Origin: a virus
IMG/VR virus record: IMGVR_UViG_3300020160_002696
Location: 22,851-86,850 of that record
Reading direction: 5' to 3' (one strand)
DNA length: 64,000 nt
The notes beneath the pieces are model-generated. The model was not told the DNA's origin, did not search any database, and worked only from the letters and a program-made list of their open reading frames with translations. Positions 46,805 through 56,815 of the stretch are shown here, piece after piece (the first letter of the stretch is position 1; every line of letters starts with the position of its first letter). A program made the position numbers and the translations under genes.

Positions 46805-49036
46805 CTAAGGTAATGTAGTAACTCCAATACAAAACATCCATCCTTCAGTAGAATCAAGTACAGCTCTAAATACATCAAAGGATGAAGTTACATTATTAAA
46901 ATATACTTGACCATGATTATATCCACTAGAACCAGAATTACCTCTATCAGAAGTTATTTGAAGAGAAAGACATGTTTTAATTGGCATTGGTAGACGATAG
47001 TTATTTGTACCATTTTTCATTTTACACCATTGTAAAATTAATCCATTTCCTAACCTTAGATAACCATTTCCATATGTTTGTGTATTTAATGGACTGGCAG
47101 GAGATCCTATAATAGTTGTTGTTGCTATAGGTGCTGCAGATGTTCCTACATTTAATTGTTCATCTATAGTAGTCAAATAACTAATCCATCCAAGAGGCCA
47201 TGATGTTGGGGCTAAATCTGATCTCCATGTATTAAGTGTCTTTGTAGTAGTATTATAAATAGTAAGGCCATCTTTTAAATTTCCAGTACCTAATAATGAT
47301 ATTGAAGATCTTTGTGTAGTTGTCATTCTTGGTGGTAAAATACCTTTTGTTGTACTTGTGAAGTCTGCAATAACATTATCTATAATTGTATTTGTACCAA
47401 CCAATAAATTACCAGTTCCTATAATATTACCATCTACTTTTACAAATGGACTTGTGCTAGAATTTATTGTTAGTGTTTTTCTATTATAAGATCCAAAATA
47501 TTGTTCATTCATATATGGATGTCTTTCCCAGAATGTAAGAGTTCCTGATGTAGAAAGTTGTCCACCATCAGGTCCATTGGGTGTATTGTAAACCCCATCA
47601 ATTGTAATACCATTATGATGTTTCCAAGTTAACCAAGAATCTTGTGAGTTTGCATTTGGTGTAAGTGTTTGACTTGCTCTAACAGACCAATCTTTTATTA
47701 CTACATTATTGCCACCAAGACCACCTGTATTTTGTATTGTAGATAAAACTCTATTATCATTAATTGCACTACCTAATGTCTCAATATTATTAATATTTAG
47801 TCTTGAGTTTATAGTTACATCATTAAACTCATCAACTTTTATTTTTAATCGACCTGTAATACCATCTGTTTCCATACCTGAAAATATATCAACTCCAAAA
47901 TAGCCTGAAATATATGTACCTCTACCTGGATTTGGACCTGCAGGTATTGAACTATTTGTTGGTATATGTGAACCTAAACCATAAAAGTTTAATCTTTGAC
48001 CATTATATACAAATCCATCATTAATATTAATATCATTTGATGGACCATTTGCCAACCAAACTATACCATATCCAACATCAGTATTATTAGATGTTGTAGG
48101 TATATAAATTCTATTATTTGTTACAAGTCCATATGTTCTAACACTTGTTATTTCATTACCTTGTACTGTAGTACTAACACCATTAGAATTAGAATAATAC
48201 ATACCTGATTTACCAACTCCATTAGATGCACTACTTAGAAATGTGTAAGTTGGTTCTGATACACTACCATCACTTAAAAATAATTGACCATTACTAGGTT
48301 TAAATTGCATCTTAGATGAATTTATTCTAAGTGGTAATTGACCATTAGTATTATTTACAAATGTAATGTAGTGTTGAGTAGTAGAATCAAATTCCTCAGT
48401 TATATTTATATTTGTTGTATTTGTAGAACTCAATACAGATAAACCACTTGCAGGTGACCAGGTAACACTAGAACCAACCCCAAAATTAGTTAAGACATAA
48501 TTTTGACTGGATAGACCAGTACCAGTATTTGATAGATGTGATATTCTAGATATATTAAGTAAACCATTATTTATATTACTTGCGTTTATATCTGTAACAT
48601 GAAGGCCACTTCCAACAAAAGAAGCATTAGTTCTGATATTACCTGCAACATGTAGACCATTTACTAAAGATGGTCCAGATGGCACATTTGCTAAAATGGC
48701 ATTTCCAACAAGACCTATACCAATTTGATTTGATGCAGGATTTTGATATATTATACTTTTACCCAAAACAGTTGGTCCTAATGTGAATACAGGTAAATAA
48801 CCAGGTGATGTAGTTCCATCAACTGATACACCAACTGCATTTTCACTTGACCAAGTAGCACCTGTCCAGTAATAAGGACCTGCACCTGGTATATTCAAAT
48901 CCCATATTCTAAGACCTTGGTACTTGTGTTGTATAGCATCTCTATTGGAGTAAAATGAATCTGTTCCACCAACAACAAATCTGTTGTCAATTGGTGCATC
49001 TATTCTTACGTGAAAATTGTCTATTATAATTGGCAT
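46805..49036 (-). CDS. Tail fibre protein with gp53-like C-terminal domain
   Basis: G/N/T/S-rich; STTKGILPPRMTTTQR..GLTIYNTT; C-terminal GYLRLGNGLILQW. Confidence 0.75.
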   Translation of the reverse strand: MPIIIDNFHVRIDAPIDNRFVVGGTDSFYSNRDAIQHKYQGLRIWDLNIPGAGPYYWTGATWSSENAVGVSVDGTTSPGYLPVFTLGPTVLGKSIIYQNPASNQIGIGLVGNAILANVPSGPSLVNGLHVAGNIRTNASFVGSGLHVTDINASNINNGLLNISRISHLSNTGTGLSSQNYVLTNFGVGSSVTWSPASGLSVLSSTNTTNINITEEFDSTTQHYITFVNNTNGQLPLRINSSKMQFKPSNGQLFLSDGSVSEPTYTFLSSASNGVGKSGMYYSNSNGVSTTVQGNEITSVRTYGLVTNNRIYIPTTSNNTDVGYGIVWLANGPSNDININDGFVYNGQRLNFYGLGSHIPTNSSIPAGPNPGRGTYISGYFGVDIFSGMETDGITGRLKIKVDEFNDVTINSRLNINNIETLGSAINDNRVLSTIQNTGGLGGNNVVIKDWSVRASQTLTPNANSQDSWLTWKHHNGITIDGVYNTPNGPDGGQLSTSGTLTFWERHPYMNEQYFGSYNRKTLTINSSTSPFVKVDGNIIGTGNLLVGTNTIIDNVIADFTSTTKGILPPRMTTTQRSSISLLGTGNLKDGLTIYNTTTKTLNTWRSDLAPTSWPLGWISYLTTIDEQLNVGTSAAPIATTTIIGSPASPLNTQTYGNGYLRLGNGLILQWCKMKNGTNNYRLPMPIKTCLSLQITSDRGNSGSSGYNHGQVYFNNVTSSFDVFRAVLDSTEGWMFCIGVTTLP

Positions 49037-49054
49037 AATCTATATATAATTTTT

Positions 49055-50608
49055 TTAATACTTGAATTGATAATTTATTGATGGAGGTCCTATTTGACTA
49101 ACATTATTCCATTGATAAACTAAAAACTCTTTAGTTGCCCAAGGAAATTTTGATAATGTCCTTGTACTAACACTGAAATTCACTAAATAATCTAAACCAT
49201 AATCATCTAATATTTCTGTCAATGGTCCATATGAACTATCATAAACAAAATAATAATTACCAGAACCTGATATATCTATTATTTTATCTGACTTATATTC
49301 TACCATTTTTGTTAATGAATTTAATGTATTATTATCAATAACATCTATATTACTAAATCCATAGAAATATGGATAAATACCTTGAACACTTACACTTGCA
49401 GTACTTGTTGTAGTACCATCACCTACTGTAATTGTAAATAATGTTAAAGATGTGTCTATTGGAGAAATAACTATTCCACTTGATGTTCCAGTTATTGTTG
49501 TTTGTCCATCTGTTGTTATTTGTGGATAAACTCCAGGTATCATATTAGTTAATCCAGTTGGTAGTGTATTTTCAGTTCTCTTTGTAATTGTGTAAGTTAA
49601 TGTTGGAGTTGGATAAGTTCCTACCTCATAATATTGTTGGTCTACTGATATTGTACAAAGTGGACCTAAATAAGTATATAACATACCTCTTAAAACTTCA
49701 CTTATTGAAATATTATTAAATGAATTACCCATTGGTAATCCACCTATTGTCATAGGCATATATCTATCATCATCTAATTCTAAAGAATATCCATTTACAT
49801 TAACTGGTGTTCCAAAAATTTGTATTTCTGAACCAGTTACACCAATAGTATCTAATGGAGGTAGTGTTAGTTCATCCCATACAACTTTACCATCTCTCCA
49901 GAACCATATATTACTATCTAATGCTGCATTTGAATAGGTTCCATCTCCATTAACATTTATATCAATATTAGGTAATGGTATTCCATTTAGATTAAAACTA
50001 CCAGTTGCTGTATTAAGAGTATCAACTATATTTCCAATTGTAACATTACCTGACCTAGCAACAAAATCTATTGAAACAGATTCTGTTACTCCAGACACTC
50101 TTTGACTTTGTATAAAGGGTGCATTTGAATATAAACTTGGTTTTTTACCTGAAAGAATTGACATTCTTGTTATTGTATTTGATACAACATCTGACTTTGT
50201 ATTATAAAGGAAAATATCAACCTCACTATCAAGTAATGTTGAACTTGTTACTCCACCAAAGGCCATAATATCATGTGAATTATCATATGAATAAGTACCT
50301 GAGAAAGACCTCTTACCAATGAATATAGTTCTTTTTAAATCATTATCTGTTGGATCTAATGTATCAACACCTATATAAGAATTGGTTGCTAACGTACTTA
50401 TAGTTTCTTTAAATGGTACACTTGTCCATAATGATAGAATTGCATTTCTTAATGCAATTGGATTTATTAATTTTTCTTCATTATCCAATAAAGGAAATAA
50501 TAAATCAGTATCAGGTGTAACTGATGAAGTCAAAGATAAATAATCTTGAACTGGGTAATTTATTACCTCTGTTATTGTACCTGAATTAAAACTAAATGTA
50601 CCTACCAT
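49055..50608 (-). CDS. Putative virion structural protein, paralog of 50611..52134
   Basis: Shared LxDNxxKLIxPxxxRxAxLSxW, YIGxD, IxxGKR, VNGYSxE, YxExGT and YPYxYGF segments. Confidence 0.7.
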   Translation of the reverse strand: MVGTFSFNSGTITEVINYPVQDYLSLTSSVTPDTDLLFPLLDNEEKLINPIALRNAILSLWTSVPFKETISTLATNSYIGVDTLDPTDNDLKRTIFIGKRSFSGTYSYDNSHDIMAFGGVTSSTLLDSEVDIFLYNTKSDVVSNTITRMSILSGKKPSLYSNAPFIQSQRVSGVTESVSIDFVARSGNVTIGNIVDTLNTATGSFNLNGIPLPNIDINVNGDGTYSNAALDSNIWFWRDGKVVWDELTLPPLDTIGVTGSEIQIFGTPVNVNGYSLELDDDRYMPMTIGGLPMGNSFNNISISEVLRGMLYTYLGPLCTISVDQQYYEVGTYPTPTLTYTITKRTENTLPTGLTNMIPGVYPQITTDGQTTITGTSSGIVISPIDTSLTLFTITVGDGTTTSTASVSVQGIYPYFYGFSNIDVIDNNTLNSLTKMVEYKSDKIIDISGSGNYYFVYDSSYGPLTEILDDYGLDYLVNFSVSTRTLSKFPWATKEFLVYQWNNVSQIGPPSINYQFKY

Positions 50609-50610
50609 TA

Positions 50611-52134
50611 TTAAAATATAAATTTAAAATCACTATTTTGACTAGCAAATCCACCAGGATAATCACATTCTAATTTAGTTCTCCAAACAATGTATTGACC
50701 TTGTGTTGAATATGTAAATGCTGATAATTGTGGATAATCAGAATCATATATTATAAATCCATTTGGATCTTGTATTTGTGATAATGTAGTAAATGTTGCT
50801 GGATAAACAAAATATAAATAACCAGAACCATTATAAGTAAATGATATTGAATTACTTAATCCTGGATAAGGTGTTACAGATTTTATTAAAGGAGTATAGT
50901 TATTTGTCAATACTGAGCTTGTAAATCCATAATAAACAGGTCTTATAAAGTTAATTGAAGCAGTTAAACTATATATACCAATACTATCATTAACACTTAA
51001 TACCCAATTTTTAGGACCAGTTGTTGAACTAAATGTAGAAGTATTAAATGTACTACTGATTGATGAACCTGGTAAACCAGAAAATGATAATCCTGTTACA
51101 CTTGTATTTGATATACTATATGGATTAATCTTTTCTGACTCATTTCTAGCATAAGTTGTAATTGAATAAGTTAAACTAATAGAAGGTGTTGTACCAATTT
51201 CTGCATATGATGGATTACTAGGATTGTTATTATTAATTGCTGTGATTTGTAGAACTGGTGGAGCATAAGGATAAAGAACTTTTCTTAATACTTCTGTAAC
51301 TGGCCAATTTTGAAAGCCTGGTCCATTATCAAATGAATTAACTGAAAATGATGAACCCATTGTAACACCACCTAAAGTTACAGGTGTTAAATTATCATCA
51401 ATAAACTCTATTGAATATCCATTTACACTAACAGTACTTCCATAAATATTTGTAGGATAACCTGGTGTACCAATGTTATTTAATGATATAGTTGGTTGTT
51501 CCCATTTAAAATATCCATCTGGATATGTTCCTCTATATCTTAAAATCATTCCATTAGATGCACTACCAGAAGTTTCTGCTACAGTTGGAAATATAACTCC
51601 ATTTATTGCAACTCTACCACTTGTTGAAAGTAAGTTAATTCCACCATTATCTGCAGGATTTACAATGTTTAAATCAATTGCAGATTCATCATTATTTACT
51701 TTAGACTCAATGTAAGGAGCAACTAAATGTAAACTTGAAAGAGTACCTGCTAAAATTGCTAACCTTGTTATACTTTGTGATGCAGAATCAGGTTTAGTAT
51801 TAAATAAAAAAATATCAGTTTGTGAACTTAAAAGTTGAGAAGTCATTACATCTAAACCACCAAAATTTCTTTTACCTAATAATATTTTTTGTTTAATATC
51901 TCTATTACCTGGATTACTTGAATCAATACCAATATATTCATAATTTGATAATGAATTTGGTGTTGTAACTTTAAAGGGAGTATTTGCCCAAGTTGATAAA
52001 ACCGCATCTCTAACATCTCTTGGAGATATTAATTTTTGAGTGTTATCTTGTATATCATTTAAAACACTGAAAATATCTGTTTTTCTAGTGGCTTCTGTTA
52101 ATTGACCTATATTAATACTAAAAGTAGCTGACAT
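50611..52134 (-). CDS. Putative virion structural protein
   Basis: Paralog of the downstream gene; TAATATATA upstream. Confidence 0.7.
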   Translation of the reverse strand: MSATFSINIGQLTEATRKTDIFSVLNDIQDNTQKLISPRDVRDAVLSTWANTPFKVTTPNSLSNYEYIGIDSSNPGNRDIKQKILLGKRNFGGLDVMTSQLLSSQTDIFLFNTKPDSASQSITRLAILAGTLSSLHLVAPYIESKVNNDESAIDLNIVNPADNGGINLLSTSGRVAINGVIFPTVAETSGSASNGMILRYRGTYPDGYFKWEQPTISLNNIGTPGYPTNIYGSTVSVNGYSIEFIDDNLTPVTLGGVTMGSSFSVNSFDNGPGFQNWPVTEVLRKVLYPYAPPVLQITAINNNNPSNPSYAEIGTTPSISLTYSITTYARNESEKINPYSISNTSVTGLSFSGLPGSSISSTFNTSTFSSTTGPKNWVLSVNDSIGIYSLTASINFIRPVYYGFTSSVLTNNYTPLIKSVTPYPGLSNSISFTYNGSGYLYFVYPATFTTLSQIQDPNGFIIYDSDYPQLSAFTYSTQGQYIVWRTKLECDYPGGFASQNSDFKFIF

Positions 52135-52184
52135 TTATAAAATACTTTTTTAGTATATATTAAAAATATATTATCACTTATAAA

Positions 52185-52211
52185 AAAAGTCCAATTTAAA
52201 ATTGGACTTTT
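52185..52211 (-). terminator. Intrinsic terminator
   Basis: AAAAGTCCAATTT..AAATTGGACTTTT inverted repeat. Confidence 0.75.
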
Positions 52212-52214
52212 AGA

Positions 52215-52616
52215 TTAAGAGAATAAGAACTCTACTTTGATTAAATCTTTAACTTTTGCAGTTGTTAGACCTAAATCTTCAAACTGAATTGCATCAAATG
52301 GAATTTCATTTTCAACTTCCATTAATTCACTCATTTCTTTTGTAAACTCTTCAACATTTGTAATGTTTACTGCACCTTCAACTGGAGATCCATCTGCATT
52401 TTTTGGAATAACTGGTTCTCCATTTTCATCTTTTTCAACCCATTTATCAAAAATTTTCTTTTCCATTTTTAACTTGTCATCAACAATAGAAGATAATTCT
52501 TTTATTATTCTAGTTAATTTAAAAGCAGTTCCTGCATTAATATCTAACTCAATTAGTGTATTAAGTGCACCAATTGTATCATTAGTAAGTTGTGAATTTT
52601 TTACAATTATACTCAT
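52215..52616 (-). CDS. Hypothetical protein
   Basis: Likely start MSIIVKNSQ at 52616. Confidence 0.75.
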   Translation of the reverse strand: MSIIVKNSQLTNDTIGALNTLIELDINAGTAFKLTRIIKELSSIVDDKLKMEKKIFDKWVEKDENGEPVIPKNADGSPVEGAVNITNVEEFTKEMSELMEVENEIPFDAIQFEDLGLTTAKVKDLIKVEFLFS

Positions 52617-52644
52617 TTTTAATTTAATTTTATTTTTTATATGA

Positions 52645-53376
52645 TTATATATCAACTTTGTTGAGTTCCTCTAATCTATTTTTTATTATTTCAAAATACT
52701 TTTCATCTTTCTCAACTAAAATATATTTTCTTTCTAATAAAACTGCTGCATGACCAGTTGTACCAGTTCCTGCAAATGTATCTAAAACTAAATCTCCTAC
52801 ATTTGAGTGTTTTTTAATCAAGTCTTTAATCAACTCTAATGGTTTTTGTGTAGGATGTTCATATCTCTCTTTACCATGACACAGAGGATATTTATAGATA
52901 CCATTATCATAAACTGAATTGAATGTAGGTTTACTTACTTTAGTAAATGTAAAAAAGAACTCTACTGCATTTGATAAATAATTTAACTTTGAATTAACAG
53001 GTACAGGATTATTCTTAACCCATTGACAAACTCTTGGTTGTTTGAACTTACTTAATTCAGCAGCTTCTTTTATTATAGTAGATTTCCATATATCAAAAAA
53101 GAAAATAAGTGTTCCTCCTTTCTTTAGTATTCTATAATACTCTTTGAATAGTAAATTCCAATCTATCTCATCTTTATCCCATTGTCCAAAGTCTATTGAT
53201 AACTTACCATACTTTGATTTCATTTCATCATTTGTATCTTCTGAATAATTTGTAAATCCTGATGAACGTGATATTAAATAGGGAGGATCTGTTAGGATTA
53301 AATCAATAGAATTACTCTTAATTTTAATTAATTCTTGAAAACAATCACCATTTATTATATTAGATGAAATATTCAT
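52645..53376 (-). CDS. DNA N6-adenine/N4-cytosine methyltransferase (beta class), orphan
   Basis: GDC, TDPPY, HPTQKP, LDTFAGTGTT in beta-class order. Confidence 0.93.
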   Translation of the reverse strand: MNISSNIINGDCFQELIKIKSNSIDLILTDPPYLISRSSGFTNYSEDTNDEMKSKYGKLSIDFGQWDKDEIDWNLLFKEYYRILKKGGTLIFFFDIWKSTIIKEAAELSKFKQPRVCQWVKNNPVPVNSKLNYLSNAVEFFFTFTKVSKPTFNSVYDNGIYKYPLCHGKERYEHPTQKPLELIKDLIKKHSNVGDLVLDTFAGTGTTGHAAVLLERKYILVEKDEKYFEIIKNRLEELNKVDI

Positions 53377-53998
53377 TTATATTCTCTTTCATTTTTATCC
53401 ACACATTATGAGGTATATCATTTTTGGATCTATTTTCAAACCAAGTTAGAAATTGAAAATTTGACAACTCATTTCTTCTATTATTAGAATCAATATGATC
53501 AATAGATGGTTTCTTCCACTTATCTTTGGTGATGATCCAATTAGTATATAATTCATTAAACTTCTTATCATAATAGAATTTTTCTATAAAGTCTATATAA
53601 AAATCGGTTTCCCAACTATCATTCTTATTATGTTTTCTTACATTAGAAACTATTTTATTTAAAAACTTTAATTTATCTATATCTTCAAATTTACAGAGCC
53701 AATCCAATTCAACATCAAATAATAGGTGACTTTTCATATTTTTAAAATTATTTAATTTACTTCTTTTAATACCCAATGAATTTTTTTTACCCATCAATCC
53801 TTTAGAAATATTATTCTTATGTTCTTCTGAAAAAGGTTTTGGTTTTCTAATAACATTAATACCCTCATCCTTTAAAATTCTACTAATATTTACTCTACAT
53901 ATATTACATATTTTTGATATTTCTTTAATAATTAAACCTTCTTTGTATAATTTTACCACACTATCAATAGTTTCTTTGTCATATATAACCTTACTCAT
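53360..53998 (-). CDS. HNH homing endonuclease with HTH and NUMOD3-like segments
   Basis: N-terminal HTH, SEEHKNNISKGLMG, KPSIDHID..NFQFLTWFENRSK. Confidence 0.8.
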   Translation of the reverse strand: MSKVIYDKETIDSVVKLYKEGLIIKEISKICNICRVNISRILKDEGINVIRKPKPFSEEHKNNISKGLMGKKNSLGIKRSKLNNFKNMKSHLLFDVELDWLCKFEDIDKLKFLNKIVSNVRKHNKNDSWETDFYIDFIEKFYYDKKFNELYTNWIITKDKWKKPSIDHIDSNNRRNELSNFQFLTWFENRSKNDIPHNVWIKMKENINEYFI

Positions 53999-54144
53999 CT
54001 TTGATTTATTTTTAATTATATATTAAAATGGAAAAATGGAAAATCTACTGAAATTAAGTCAAACCAATTAATAATCATAATGTATATATATATGTCAACA
54101 TGAAGTCCCTCAAAATAAATATATAAAAGAAAAATATTGGAAAT

Positions 54145-54909
54145 ATGATAGATTTTTTTAGAGAATTATTTGTTAAGAGAATTAAATTAGATACTAAATT
54201 TTTACCATCTCAAGGACTATTTTATAAAAAGGACTTTGAGATTAGTATTAAGAAAGCAAGTAAAGAAGATATATTAGACTATGAGAAAAACTATGTTAAA
54301 GATGATATAGGAACTGTAATTTATCTAATAAAAAAGATAGTAGAAAAAAATATTAAACTTAGTGATGGTTATGTATATGAAGATATTAAAAGTATTGATA
54401 TAATATTCATTTTTCTAGAAATTGTTAAAATAACAAAAGGTAAACCTATTAATCTACTTTATTTTGACAAAGAAACTGATAGTGAAGGTAAAATTGAATT
54501 TGGTTCTAAATACTTTAATTACTTTCAATTTACCAATAAATTGTTACAAAATTATAGTAGTGAAGACAGAAGTTTTACAATAAATGGATATAAATATACT
54601 TTACCTTCAATTGGTGTTGAAAACTCACTGACTAATTTTCTTATAGTAAAATCAAATGAAGAAGATGCTTTTAACTATAACAACTATACTTATGATTTTA
54701 CATATTTTGTAGGTGATAAAAACAATTTGAAGTTTAAAGAAATTGAAAATTTAATACAAATATTCAATTTTGATATGGATAAAGATGAGATGAAAAAAAT
54801 GAAAGAAGTTATCAAAACATTTTTACCATTACAAAGATATTCATTGAAGAAAGATGGTAGAGTTGTAGAGATGAATAGTAAGATTAACCTTGAGAAAATT
54901 TGGAAATGA
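54145..54909 (+). CDS. T4 gp26-like baseplate hub / tail assembly protein (tentative)
   Basis: LPSQGLFY..ISIK and D..FIFL motifs. Confidence 0.5.
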   Translation: MIDFFRELFVKRIKLDTKFLPSQGLFYKKDFEISIKKASKEDILDYEKNYVKDDIGTVIYLIKKIVEKNIKLSDGYVYEDIKSIDIIFIFLEIVKITKGKPINLLYFDKETDSEGKIEFGSKYFNYFQFTNKLLQNYSSEDRSFTINGYKYTLPSIGVENSLTNFLIVKSNEEDAFNYNNYTYDFTYFVGDKNNLKFKEIENLIQIFNFDMDKDEMKKMKEVIKTFLPLQRYSLKKDGRVVEMNSKINLEKIWK

Positions 54910-54926
54910 TACTTAATATATAGTTT

Positions 54927-55760
54927 ATGAGAATATTAAACTGGGAATTATTCCTTGAAGAATTAGTTGGAGATACTGAAATATCAAACTATCAGACTTA
55001 TGCAGATGGTATGGAAAAGTCAATGGATGATAAACTATTCTTTGTTAATAATATTGATTTTGATGTTATTGTAGATTTTGGATGTGCTAATGGTATATTT
55101 CTTTCTAAAGTTCAAACAATGAAACCTAATGTTAAGATAATAGGTTATGACTTAGATGATGTTATGTTATCTAAAGCAAGAGTTATTTTAGGTGAAGAAG
55201 CTTTACTTACAAGTTCTTGGGATGAAGTGGTTAATGAATTAAGTAACTATGAAAATCCTTTACTTAATTTAAGCTCAGTTATACATGAAGTTTATTCCTA
55301 CTCACACTCATCTGTTATTAAAAAGTTCTGGGAAAAACAAGTATTTGGTGGAAACTTCAAATGGATTACTATTAGAGATATGATACCTTCTTCTGATATT
55401 CATAAAAATGAATTAGAAAATTTTAAACAAGATGTTAAAAAAGTAAGAAAAAGAGCTAATAACTCCTTTCTAAATGATTTTGAAAAAAGATGGGGTTCAA
55501 TTGATGATAATTATAGAACTTTTTGTCACTTTTTGTTAAAATATAGATATATTGATAACTGGGAAAGAGAAGTAAAAGAAAACTATCTACCAGTATCTTT
55601 AGAAACGGTTAAGACAAAAATACCTTCAAGTTATAGTATTGAGTATGAACAAGACTTTATAGTTCCTTTTATTAAAGATAAAGTTGGTAAAGATTTTGGT
55701 GTTAAAATTACACATTCTACTCATGTTAAAATGGTGTTAAAAAATAATAATTTTAAATGA
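54927..55760 (+). CDS. Class I SAM-dependent methyltransferase with N-terminal leader motif
   Basis: VDFGCANG, IIGYD, LSSVIHEVYSY, IRD; starts MRILNWELFLEE; TAATATATA upstream. Confidence 0.85.
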   Translation: MRILNWELFLEELVGDTEISNYQTYADGMEKSMDDKLFFVNNIDFDVIVDFGCANGIFLSKVQTMKPNVKIIGYDLDDVMLSKARVILGEEALLTSSWDEVVNELSNYENPLLNLSSVIHEVYSYSHSSVIKKFWEKQVFGGNFKWITIRDMIPSSDIHKNELENFKQDVKKVRKRANNSFLNDFEKRWGSIDDNYRTFCHFLLKYRYIDNWEREVKENYLPVSLETVKTKIPSSYSIEYEQDFIVPFIKDKVGKDFGVKITHSTHVKMVLKNNNFK

Positions 55761-56002
55761 AAAAGTTTAGTGAGAGTACAGGTCATAGAGAAAATGGTGA
55801 ATGGATAAATGAAACACCACAAGCAAAATTGAGAAATCAATTAGGTCCATTTTGGACTTTAGTGAGTATATTATCAGAAGAAAGATTAGATAAATTATTA
55901 AATCATCCTGATGGATTAGAAATGATAAAAAAGTGTTTAGAACAATGTAAAGATAGTCAACAAAGAATACTTGACTTAATAAAAGAAACAGAAAATAAAT
56001 AA
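55757..56002 (+). CDS. Small protein with leader motif
   Basis: Starts MKKFSES; ATGA overlap with the upstream gene. Confidence 0.75.
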   Translation: MKKFSESTGHRENGEWINETPQAKLRNQLGPFWTLVSILSEERLDKLLNHPDGLEMIKKCLEQCKDSQQRILDLIKETENK

Positions 56003-56010
56003 TTAAAACA

Positions 56011-56244
56011 ATGAGTAAAATTAGAAAATTTAATGAAAACCTTACAGAAGGTTTAAGTGAGTCTGAGGCAGAACAATTATGGAGTGAAGTTGAAAACCAA
56101 GGATTTGGATATTGGGTTCAACATTATGGATATGATGGAACAGAAGATCCAAAATTAGTAGAACTATGTGAAAATGCTAAATTTGCAATGAATGAACTTG
56201 ATACACACATGCAAGCTATTTTTGATAAATATGATATTGGATAA
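56011..56244 (+). CDS. Small protein with leader motif
   Basis: Starts MSKIRKFNEN. Confidence 0.8.
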   Translation: MSKIRKFNENLTEGLSESEAEQLWSEVENQGFGYWVQHYGYDGTEDPKLVELCENAKFAMNELDTHMQAIFDKYDIG

Positions 56245-56249
56245 AAACT

Positions 56250-56278
56250 AAAAACCACTCAAATGAGTGGTTTTTTTT
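56250..56278. terminator. Bidirectional terminator, same stem as 45360
   Basis: AAAAACCACTC-AAAT-GAGTGGTTTTT. Confidence 0.85.
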
Positions 56279-56531
56279 ATATTGTTTTGAAATCTTTTAT
56301 CTCAACACACATATCTACATTTTCATATGAATATCCATCTTCAACATCACTACCATTTTCAACTAAGAACTTTTGTAACTCTTCTCTTGTTGGCATTTCT
56401 GGATGTTCAATAAAATAAATATAGTGATCTGAACTTTCACTAGTTGTTGTTAAAACAAATTGTTTCATTGGTCTGTGAGGATTAGGATAACTTGGATTCC
56501 CAATTTCCTCATTAAATTTTTTTATTTTCAT
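56277..56531 (-). CDS. Small protein with leader motif
   Basis: Starts MKIKKFNEE. Confidence 0.8.
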   Translation of the reverse strand: MKIKKFNEEIGNPSYPNPHRPMKQFVLTTTSESSDHYIYFIEHPEMPTREELQKFLVENGSDVEDGYSYENVDMCVEIKDFKTI

Positions 56532-56761
56532 TATTTATTATTTTTTAAGAATTTTTTGTAAAGACCCATTTCATCTTTTCTGACCTCAAAATCAGAATCT
56601 ACACCAGTAATAATTTCTTGTTCTTCTGGTTTATATGAATCTTCCATTGCACATTTTGCTTCTTCTAAATTATCAAATGTTCCTAAATATTCTTTAGTTT
56701 CTTTATCTACTAAATAGATTTTAGTATTATTGTTCTCATTAAATTTTTTTAAGTATTTCAT
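56531..56761 (-). CDS. Small protein with leader motif
   Basis: Starts MKYLKKFNEN. Confidence 0.8.
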   Translation of the reverse strand: MKYLKKFNENNNTKIYLVDKETKEYLGTFDNLEEAKCAMEDSYKPEEQEIITGVDSDFEVRKDEMGLYKKFLKNNK

Positions 56762-56774
56762 AATACTATATATA

Positions 56775-56803
56775 AAAAAATCCTCTTAAAAAAGAGGATT
56801 TTT
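56775..56803 (-). terminator. Intrinsic terminator downstream of nrdA
   Basis: AAAAAATCCTCTT..AAGAGGATTTTTT. Confidence 0.8.
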
Positions 56804-56815
56804 TGTTTTATTTTT

